Position numbers and translations under genes: made by a program. This document shows positions 54,933 through 64,000 of a DNA stretch of 64,000 bases, one piece after another. Within the stretch, counting starts at the first letter, position 1, and each line of letters starts with the position of its first letter. Under the pieces are notes generated by a model, which ran no database searches, had not been told where the DNA came from, and worked only from the letters and a program-made list of their open reading frames with translations. This DNA comes from an uncultured Acidobacteriota bacterium (GTDB lineage: Bacteria; Acidobacteriota; UBA6911): positions 256,001-320,000 of the forward strand of contig CAWHCF010000022.1 of NCBI GenBank assembly GCA_963827655.1, given 5' to 3'.

Positions 54933-55638
54933 ACGGCGCGCACGACCTGGGCGGCATGCATGGCCTGGGCCCGATCAATGCGGAACCCGAGGCCGAAGAA
55001 CCCGTCTTCCACACCGCGTGGGAAAAGCGCGTGTTCGGTTTGACCCTGGCGGCCGGGTCCCTGGGGAAATGGAACATAGACATCTCCCGCCATGCCCGCG
55101 AACGCCAGCACCCGATCGATTATCTGCGGCATACCTACTACGAAAACTGGCTGGTGGGGTTGGAAAAACTGCTGGTGGAAGCCGGTCTGGTAACCACAGA
55201 GGAGCTGGCGACGGGAAAGGCCGCAGGGCCGGCGGACGAGGAAACCAGAAGACGCATCCTCAAGGCCGAGAATGTTGCTCGGGTCCTGGCTCAAGGCTCC
55301 CCACGGCGCTGCCGATCGACACCCCACCTCGCTTTCGGCCTGGCGACAAGGTTCGCGCCATCAACCGGCATCCGCGCGGCCATACGCGCGAGCCCCGCTA
55401 CGTGCGTGGCCGAGCGGGCGTGATCCAGGCGTATCACGGCGCCCATATCTTCCCCGACCGCAGCGCCGAAGGTGTGAAGGAGGCGCGGCATCTGTATAGC
55501 GTCCGGTTTGAGGCGGCGGAGCTTTGGGGTGAGGGGGTTGCCGGCCGAAGCGCCGTTTACGTCGACCTGTGGGAAGATTATCTGGAGCCTGCTAACAAAA
55601 ACCAACCACTGAGACGCAAAGACTCGAAGAAACGCTAA
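54929..55638 (+). CDS. nthB: Nitrile hydratase beta subunit; frameshift near 55300
   Basis: [46 protein letters not shown]. Confidence 0.92.
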
Positions 55639-55783
55639 GGGTTCGCGCAGAAATAAGTTCTCATTCTGCTGCAGGCCCCCAGGCCCGCTGGCGAGGCGCG
55701 AGCGACGATGCGTACCCGATGCGGTACGTGAGGAGCGAGCAACAAAGCCAGCGGGCCTGCGGGCCGCAGCCCGAAGGGGCGCG
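55639..55783. mobile_element. Truncated copy of the 14301-14532 MITE (left ~145 bp only)
   Basis: Near-identical to 14301-14444, preceded by TAA, right TIR missing. Confidence 0.85.
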
Positions 55784-56438
55784 GCCGCCCAGTTAGCGCC
55801 TCATACAACACGCAACCGAACGACCAGATGTCGGTCCGCTTGTCCACCGGCTTGCCCCGCGCCTGCTCAGGGCTCATGTAGGATGGCGTACCCAGAATCA
55901 CTCCTTGGCGCGTGCCGACTTCGGTCACCGCCGATGATTCGGCAAGATCGGCGGCAAAGGCCTTCGCGAGGCCAAAGTCCAGCACCTTAACCTTTCCTTC
56001 GGGAGTAATCTTTATGTTGGCTGGCTTCAAGTCCCGGTGAATGACCCCTCTCTCGTGGGCCGCTTCCAAGCCCTGCGCGATCTGGACACAGATTCGAAGT
56101 GCCTCTTCGATTCGGAGCGGGCCCGCGGACAGTCGGTCGGCAAGGGTTTCACCTGGAACCAATTCCAGCACGAGGTACGGAATGCCGCGGGATTGCTCGA
56201 ACCCATGGATCGCGGCGATATTCGGGTGGTTCAGCGAAGCCAGCAGGCGCGCCTCGCGCTCGAAGCGTGCCAGGCGCTCAGGATCGCGCACGAAGGCGTC
56301 AGGTAAGACCTTTATAGCAACTTCGCGTCCGAGCTTCGTGTCGCTCGCCCGGTAGACTTCACCCATTCCGCCTGCGGCGAGCCTTTCGACGATGCGGTAG
56401 TGCGCAAGGGTTTGACCAATCATGAGCGAGGAATCCAT
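55784..56438 (-). pseudogene. Hanks-type Ser/Thr kinase truncated after subdomain IX
   Basis: VAIK, HRDLKPAN, DFG, SPE, DIWSFG..YEALTG, then MITE sequence. Confidence 0.85.
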
Positions 56439-56474
56439 CTCTGGCGGCGATCTTAAGTCCGACCTGAAGGCTGG

Positions 56475-56872
56475 TCAATCTGAACAAATAGATTTCTCAA
56501 GCCCGCGCAGAAAACGGCTGCCTGGACGGCGCAACGAAATGGACTTCAGATCCATGTGCTTGATCGGGACTAACCTATGTCCCAGCATATCGATTACGGC
56601 CTGAGATTGTTCCAAGACAATGTAACCAATCAAGGCTTCGTCAATGCCATCCTCCGGCTTCATCTCAACAAACAAGACCTCGTTATAGATGGGCCGAAAA
56701 CCTTCAATCTGTATCCTCACTGGCCCGCAAATGTCGCCTTCAACGCTCTCCTGGGTGGCGGTTTCGAGACTTATTCTCAGCGCTGACTTAGCATCGAGCA
56801 CAGAAACCGGTTCAATCGATTGTCGCATCCGACTCTCGATGAACCAGAATGTGACCGAGTCTATTTGCCCAT
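56475..56872 (-). pseudogene. Degenerate clan AA (retropepsin-like) aspartic protease gene
   Basis: CGPVRIQIEGFR...LIGYIVLEQ C-terminal half is present; early stop after ATG GGC AAA and no DTG motif. Confidence 0.5.
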
Positions 56873-56915
56873 TCGCGCATAGAGTATACCCTCGAGATCG
56901 AGATCAATTGTGTAC

Positions 56916-59386
56916 TCACTCGCGCCGCAGGGCGGTTGCCGGATCGATTCGCGCCGCGCGGCGCGACGGAATGTAGCAGGCGAGCGCCGCGGCAGCGGCC
57001 AGGATCATCACGACCGACGCATAAGTGAGCGGATCCGTGGGGCTGGCGCCGTGAAGGTAACCGGCGATCAGCCGCGATAGCGCCCATGCGGTCCCGATCC
57101 CGGCCAGGATGCCGAGTACAGCCAGCGTCATCCCCTGCCTGAGGACCATGGCGAGGACGGCGCGCTGGCGGGCTCCCAGCGCCATGCGAATCCCGATCTC
57201 GCGCGTCCGGCGCGCGACCGAGTAGGCCATGATGCTGTAGACACCGCTTACGGCCAGGACGAGCGCGAGCAGTCCCGCGGCGCCCAGGAGCGCCGCCGCC
57301 GTGCGCTCGACCGCCAGGGCCTCCGCCATCTGAGTCCGAAGTGTCCTGGCGTCGAACACGGGCAGGTCCGGATCGAGCGCCGCGAATTCACGCTCCACGA
57401 CCGGCAGCATCGTCATCGGGTTCCCCTCGGTCCGGACGTGAAGCATCATCTCGGGAAAGTAACCGCTGATAGACGCGGCACGTAAAGGTAGGGCGCCGGC
57501 TCGCCCCAGATCGAGCGCTGGCGGACGTCGCCGGCAATTCCCACGATCTCGTACAACTCCCGCGCGCGCGTGGCGCAGTCGGACGCGCCGCCCCAGCGGA
57601 TCCTCGCCCGGCCAGTAGCGGCGCGCCATGGTTTCATTGATGATCGCCGCGCCTATGGGCGACGACTCGTCGTCCCTGTCGGTGAAATCGCGACCGCGCA
57701 CCAGTCGAATCCCGAGAGTTTCCAGATAGCGCGGTCCCGTGACGTTCGCGTCTGCCCGGATCCAGTCGGCTTCCCCCGAGACGGTTGTGCCCTCCTTTAC
57801 GAACCAGATCAGCAGGCGGCGGCGCGCGAGCGGGACGTCGCCGCCCCACGTCGCCGCAACCACACCCGGAACACTCCGGACTCTCTCCAGCGCGCTCCGG
57901 TAAAATTGCATCGCCTTCGACTCATCGTAACGAGAACGCATCGAGTTGAAGTCGACCGAGAGGACGAGCACGTTGTCGAGCCGCAGCCCCAGGTCGATCG
58001 ACTGCGCTCGAACCAGCGTGCGCAGGAACAACCCGGCCCCGGCAAGCAGGACGAGCGAAAGCGCCACCTCGGCGACGACCAGGCCGCTCCGGAGACGGCT
58101 GTGCCGGAAGCTCCGGCCGGAACTGCCGGCCTGTTCCTGGAGCGCAGTCCTCAAGTCGGCGCGCGCGGTCGCCAGCGCCGGGAACAGTCCCGACACGACG
58201 GTCGCGACCAGCGAGACGGCCAGCGTGAACAGAAGAACCCGGCGGTCGAGACCCAGTTCCAGGTTCAGCGGAACTTCGAACGGAAGCGGAAAGCGCGATA
58301 GAAGCAGGATCCCGCCGCGGGCGATCGCGAATCCTGCCAGGAGCCCGAGGACCGAAAGCACCAGGCTTTCAACCAGGAGTCCCAGGACCAGCCGCCGCCG
58401 GCTCGCCCCGAGCGCCAGCCGCAGAGCCATCTCACGTTCGCGGGCCGCCCCGCGCGCAAGCTGCAGGTTGGCGACGTTGGCGCACGCGAGCAGCAGGACG
58501 AAACCGACGGTGGCAACCAGCAGACCCGCGAACGCGGTCACGGAGCGGCGATAGGCCGGCCAGAAACGGGCCTCGCGCCCCGGAAGCACTTCGACGCTCC
58601 AGGTCCGGTTTGTCTCCGGGTACTCTGCCTGGAGCTGCGCCGCTCGAACCCGCACCGCGTTCGCGCTTGCTCGAGCGTGACTCCCGGCTGCAGCCGCCCG
58701 ACGACCAGCGCGCTGCGAGCCTCGCGCCACTCGAGCGTCCGCCTCGCCTGAAACCGCGGAATGAATTCGTCGAACCAGCCCATCGGCACCCAGACCTCGG
58801 GTGGCCGTCCCCAGTCGAGCGTCACGCCGCGGAATCCGCGCGGCGCCACGCCGACGATGGTGAAGCTCCGGCCGTGGATTCGGACCGGGCGTCCCACCAC
58901 CGACGGGTCGCCGCCGAAAGCGCGCTGCCAGAGGCCGTCGCTGATCACCACCACCGGGTGGGGGGCTCCGGGCCGGTCTTCTCCGGCTCGGAAGCCTCGG
59001 CCGGCGGTCATCCCAAGCCCGAGCGTCTCGAAGTAGTTGAAGGTGACGTGCTCGCCCGACAAACGCTCCGTCCGCCCGCCGGCATCGAAGCTGAGTGGTA
59101 TCCGAATGTACGCCATCAGGCCGGCGAAGACGTCCGTTTGCTCCCGATAGTTCAGGTAGTCCGGATAGGACGTCCCGCTCCAGCTGGCATCGCTCAAACG
59201 CACGGAATAAAGCGCGACCAGCCGGTCGGGCTCGTGAACTGGAAAGGGCCGGAAGAAGATAGCGTCGACCAGACTGAAAAGCGCCCCACTCGCTCCAATG
59301 CCGAGTGCCAGACTGAGGACCGCAACGGAGGCGAAGCCAATGCTGTGACGGAGCGAGCGGGCCGAGAAGCGAAGATCAGTCAGCAA
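56916..59386 (-). CDS. ADOP-family duplicated ABC permease (MacB/FtsX domains); frameshifts near 58670, 57570 and 57470
   Basis: LSLALGIGA, SYPDY, LLLACANVANL, REMALRLALGA, RRTREIGIRMALGA, IDPATALRRE. Confidence 0.88.
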
Positions 59387-59522
59387 GAAATTCGGGGACA
59401 GGCTCCTAATTGCGTGTCAAGACACCAGTCTTTTGGCCTCTCTTAACAACGCAATTAGGAGCCTGTCCCCGAATTTCTTGCGCTCTCTTAACAACGCAAT
59501 TAGGAGCCTGTCCCCGAATTTC
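59385..59522. repeat. Three copies of a ~30-bp unit (one forward, two inverted)
   Basis: gaaattcggggacaggctcctaattgcgt, and twice ctctcttaacaacgcaattaggagcctgtccccgaattt. Confidence 0.85.
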
Positions 59523-62384
59523 ACTTCCGCGTGACCCAGATGGGCGACGACCAGGCCAGCTGACCATCGTATTGCAGGACGCGCACATAGTAATAAGCTT
59601 CGCCGGTCGCGGCCTCGGAGTCGGTGAACGTAAAATCGCTCTCCGGCTTGCCTGGCTCAACAGTGTAGACATAGCGGTTGTTCTTGATGATGTCCACGCG
59701 CTGGATGGGCGATGTGCCGATCGCATGGACCTTCAGCTTCGGCGCCGCAGTGATCGCGACCGATGCTCCCATCAAATGCTCGGTTCCGGTTCCGCGTCCA
59801 CCAATCTGTAGTCGAGCAGGATGTTGTCGGTTGCGCCGTAAGTCCGGCGGGCGCGCATCGCATCCATCAGCTCCCGCCGGGACAGCCCGGTCACATAGAG
59901 ACACGAGTAAGAGAGATGAGTCGAAACATGGTCGGAGCTTGCCTGAATGCCCAGCTTGTATCCCTTGGCCAGCGCATTCCAGTAGAAACCAAGGGGCTGG
60001 TAGCCGCTCTTGAAGAGGTACGGCCGGTCAGCAGTGGCGCTCTTCGGGGACCCTTCATACTCGTAAGAATTGCGGAAGCCCTGATAGATCTCGACCAGCG
60101 GCTCCAGCGTCGGATCGTTGTCGCGCCAGTCAGTCCCCTGATTGGTAGCAATGGTGTGGGCGAACGCGATTCCGCCGTTCTCCCTGAGGTACTGATAAAG
60201 CTTTGCCGCGCCCTCCTTTCCCTGACGCTCTTCAAGACTGCTGGGAAGGGTCCGCACTCCTCTGTGATCAAAGACAATATTACGGTGGCCGTTGGGATAG
60301 GGGAGACTGCGCTCGTAGCCGAAGAGGGGCGTGAACGCATCCGGTACCATGAAAAGGTCACTCGACTTCTGCGTCCGCCACCACGAGTATTCGAGATCGT
60401 TGCCGGCCCCATGATCGGTTACCGCGATAAAATCCAGAGCCGCGGCATCGAGAGCATAGCGATAAAGGTCAAGCAGCGACCCGTCTCCGATCCCATCGCC
60501 TGAAATGTCGGTGTGGCGATGCAGATCGCCGCGCACTATGCGGTAGGTTTCACGCCCGAGCTGCGCGCGATAGCTGCGGATGCGGCGCACGTCCTCGGCC
60601 TCGGCCGGATGAGCCGGAAGCTGCGCGGTGGCGGGTACGCTTCTTACCCTGGTTCGAAGCTCGGCTGCCGGCGCCGGACGCGCCGATACCTGTGTCGCAT
60701 AGACGCCGTAGTCCTGTGCCAGACCGCCAAGAAAAGGGCGATGATCACTGGCGTAAGCCGCTGCCACGCCATCGCGCACGGGCGCCGCGGCCGGACGCCC
60801 GTCGTTTCGCCCCAGGCTGCGCGCCAGCGCTATCGGCCGCTCCCAGCGCGAACCGGTGTAGCACATGGCGGCGTTTTCCCAGCCGCCGCCCGCCCCCCAT
60901 AGATCCGCGGTGCGCGTGCGCGCGCCGGCGAGGTAGCGGAACACAACCCAGATGCGTCCGGAGCCATCGGCATGAATGGACGGCAAGGAAGAATACAATT
61001 GCATATCGAGAGGGAGGGATCCCTGAATGTCCTGCTCCGGCTCGAGCACCTTGTCGCCGTCGAGGCACACCACGCGGAGAGTCCGGCTCATGTAAAGCCC
61101 GATGCCTCGATCTTTCGAGAGAAATCCCCAGTCCTTTCCCCAGTTCTCGCCCGCTTCGTCGTAAGCTATCCACGGACGACCGCGGTCATCCAGGGTGATT
61201 GAAGCATGCGCTTCCATGCGCGCGCTCGCTGCCACCGGCATGACCGGGGAGAGGGTACCGTCGCGAAAAGTGCGCGCCACGACGTCGTAACTGGAAGCGG
61301 CGCCCGGTCGCGCGGCGCGGTACGTATCCCAGACAATCCAGCCGCGGCCCTGTGAATCCACGGCCACGGAGGGCTCCCAATCGTTCGACCCGGTTTCGCT
61401 GATACGTGTCGCAGCCGTCCAGCTCCCGTTTTGATAGATGCGCAAGAAAATGTCCGATTGGCCGCGGTCGAAACCCTGCCACACGAGCCAGAGCCTCCCT
61501 TTCGAATCGGCCGCGAGTCTGTGGTGAAAACTCAATCCCGGCGCCTCGCTCAACTTCTCGGCACGGCTCCAATTCGCGCCGTCGAAGCTCCGCCCCCAGA
61601 GATGCCAGCTGCCGGCTTCGCGGGCAGCCCAGACTACCAGAATACGGCCGTCACCCGCTTCAGCCACAGCCGTCCGGTATACATCGCCGCTTTCGGAAAG
61701 CGTCGCGGCTGCGCTCCAGGTATCACCCGAAAGTGACCGTGCCAGAACGCGCTCGCTGCCGCCGCGATATTCCTGCCACGCTACCCACACTGTCCCGCTA
61801 CGGGTAACAGCTATGCTTGGGTAATCCGCTTCGCCGGCATCGCCTCCAATCCGATGCAGCTCCGGCAGCCGTTCAATTTCAATAGCGCCATCCCGAAACT
61901 GCGCCGGCCCGCGATCCAGTTCGCCCAGGCTCAGGCTGACGGACTCGTGGTGCTTGAATCGCAGGTTCAACTTTGTCCGGCTGTCGCCGGTCAGAAAAAC
62001 CAGGATGCCAACCGGCCAGACCGGTCGCGGAGCAGGCAGAACCGGCGATAGATCCACGTGTACGTTGGGAACCTGGCCGAGCAACGACTGAGCCTCCCAG
62101 CTATCGGGACCCGTAATCTGGCAGCGCGGCCCCGCCTGGTTCGGTCCGGGCAACGGAGGAAAGTGCCAGCCTTCCAGTTTTTCGAGCCGCCCTTCCGTCA
62201 CTTCCAGCGTTCCGCTCCAGTCCGTCGAGGTGGCGTCCTTCAGCGCGAAGCGCGCGTTCACCAGGACTTTTCCCGGCGTACCGCGATCGGGGCGCGTCGC
62301 CTGCGCTCCCAGGCGGGTCGCTGAACGTGGAATCGCTGCTGCGAGCACAAACAGAATGGCGGCGGAAATCACGGAGTTGCGCAT
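59521..62384 (-). CDS. Large exported protein: beta-propeller-like repeats + PHP/DUF3604-like metallohydrolase domain; frameshift near 59790
   Basis: GDLHRHTDISGDG, DFIAVTDH, GHRN, ASSDH, RRTYGAT, AWSSPIW. Confidence 0.75.
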
Positions 62385-62542
62385 CTATTCTTCAGTTGCC
62401 TTTCCAGAACAATGGGTCTAATTTCTGGGTGTCTTTACGTCCCAGTAATAACTCGCCCCCGAGAAACAAAGAAGCCAGTCCCCTCCCCCTCTGGTTCCCA
62501 GAAAATCGCTGCGTTGAAACTATCACAAAAATGGAGGACTCG

Positions 62543-64000
62543 ATGAAGAGTGAAAACTCGGAACTGCGAAATCCTCAGGCTGGAATCCCGGCGAAAAAAA
62601 CGTCTTCCTCTCCGGCTGGCCGCAGCAGGCGAAAATTTCTCGAGTATCTCGGTGGAACTACCGGGGTCGCTCTGGCCGCCGGCGCCTCGCCTTTGATTCA
62701 AGCTGTAACACCTGACACCCAGTCAGCTTCGACGAGCAGGCCGACGCGGGCCGAGCAAGCCTATCAAATTCGCGTCTCCTCGGCCTTGCGCGAGAAAAAT
62801 GCTGTGCCGGCCGCTCACCCGGTCAACGGCGATGAAGACCGTTATCCCAGTAAATTTGCGAGCTATTCGAAGGCGCTGCCGCACAACCAGCTCGGCGAGG
62901 TTCATCCGGACGCCTACGATACTTATCTGCTTGCGCTCGCAACCGGCAAACCATCTGACTTCGAAAACATCCTCCTCGGAGGGAAAGTCAAGCTCACCAA
63001 TCCTCAGGCCGGACTGGCTTTTGAGATGGAAGGACCCGATTCACACGCCATGGCTCAGCCACCGGCGCCCGCTTTCAGCAGCGCGGAAGAGGCGGCCGAG
63101 ATAGCCGAGAATTACTGGATGGCGCTCGCGCGCGATGTCTCTTTCACCGAGTACGAAACCAACCCTCTCACGGTCGCGGCCGCCGCCGATCTGTCAAGGT
63201 TTTCGGATCTCAGAGTTCCGAAAACCGGAGGCCGGGTCACGCCGGCCACGCTGTTTCGTGGGCTCACGCCGGGTGACGTGACCGGTCCCTACATCTCGCA
63301 GTTCCTGTGGTTGGAGACACCGTTCGGCGCCGAAACCATTGACCGCCGGATGCGCACGACCGCGGCCGGCATTGACTACATGACGAATTACTTCGACTGG
63401 CTGGCCGTGCAGGACGGATCAGAAACCGGACCCTATCCGTTGGACCCGACGCCTCGCTACATCCGCAACGGGCGCGACCTGGGCGAGTGGGTGCACATCG
63501 ACGTGCTGTTCCAGGCTTATTTCAATGCGTTCTTGATTCTGGGAAGCCTCGGGGCGCCCGTTGACGCGGGCAATCCCTATAACGCTTCGCGAACTCAGAT
63601 CGGCTTCGGCACCTTCGGCGGTCCCTACATGGCATCCGTACTATGCGCCATCGCCAGGCCTGCGCTGAAGGCGGTCTGGTATCAGAAGTGGTTCGTTCAC
63701 CGCCGCCTGCGGCCCGAAGAGTTTGCGGGACGGGTGCACAACCACGTGACCCGCCGGACCAGCTATCCGATCAATTCGGAGATTCTCACCTCGCCCGTGC
63801 TGGATGAAGTCTTCCGACGGCACGGCACCTACCTCTTACCGATGGCGTTTCCGGAAGGTGCGCCGACCCATCCGGCCTACGGCGCCGGCCATGCGACGGT
63901 TGCGGGCGCGTGCGTGACCATCTTGAAAGCATTGTTTGACGAATCGTGGGTCATTCCAAATCCCGTGCAGGCGAGTCCCGACGGCCTCGCGCTTGTGCCT
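62543..64000 (+). CDS. Tat-exported vanadium-dependent haloperoxidase, 3' end outside window
   Basis: GGAGG RBS; SRRKFL Tat motif; manual translation gives WYQKWFVHRRLRPEEF and PEGAPTHPAYGAGHATVAGACVTILKA. Not in the ORF track because it runs off the edge. Confidence 0.88.
   Translation, partial: MKSENSELRNPQAGIPAKKTSSSPAGRSRRKFLEYLGGTTGVALAAGASPLIQAVTPDTQSASTSRPTRAEQAYQIRVSSALREKNAVPAAHPVNGDEDRYPSKFASYSKALPHNQLGEVHPDAYDTYLLALATGKPSDFENILLGGKVKLTNPQAGLAFEMEGPDSHAMAQPPAPAFSSAEEAAEIAENYWMALARDVSFTEYETNPLTVAAAADLSRFSDLRVPKTGGRVTPATLFRGLTPGDVTGPYISQFLWLETPFGAETIDRRMRTTAAGIDYMTNYFDWLAVQDGSETGPYPLDPTPRYIRNGRDLGEWVHIDVLFQAYFNAFLILGSLGAPVDAGNPYNASRTQIGFGTFGGPYMASVLCAIARPALKAVWYQKWFVHRRLRPEEFAGRVHNHVTRRTSYPINSEILTSPVLDEVFRRHGTYLLPMAFPEGAPTHPAYGAGHATVAGACVTILKALFDESWVIPNPVQASPDGLALVP

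Noticed and set aside
59385-59522. Possible mini CRISPR array
   Set aside because: Only three units, mixed orientation, no unique spacers and no cas genes.
1134-62384. About 20 frameshifted genes as mass pseudogenisation or programmed frameshifting
   Set aside because: Single-base indels are scattered across unrelated, otherwise intact genes, which is typical of long-read consensus error.

Overview
This window is a GC-rich bacterial chromosomal segment. Its gene content (TonB-dependent receptor with a carboxypeptidase-regulatory-like N-terminus, ADOP-type permease, DUF3500, MPN-like/TonB-C proteins) points to Acidobacteriota; this is an inference. About 20 genes carry single-base frameshifts, which suggests an unpolished long-read or metagenomic consensus, so most frameshifts are not treated as biology. 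Content includes metabolic genes (korAB-type oxidoreductase, adk, yajQ, ggt, amidase, Co-type nitrile hydratase), a Phd/VapC toxin-antitoxin pair, a type I restriction-modification island, a vanadium haloperoxidase cut by the window end, and several intergenic repeat families including a MITE. Top observation: a small exported protein (51853-52305, minus strand) whose apparent TGA stop sits in a C-D-T-[TGA] motif. It is followed in frame by PGDCQCC and by a SECIS-like hairpin, making it a candidate selenoprotein (CxxU) of a family I do not recognise. Other highlights are an NpmA/KamB-type 16S rRNA m1A1408 methyltransferase whose best start codon is out of frame, two tandem MPN-like/TM/TonB-C fusion genes, and an hsdS whose two target-recognition domains are unreadable while its conserved regions are intact.
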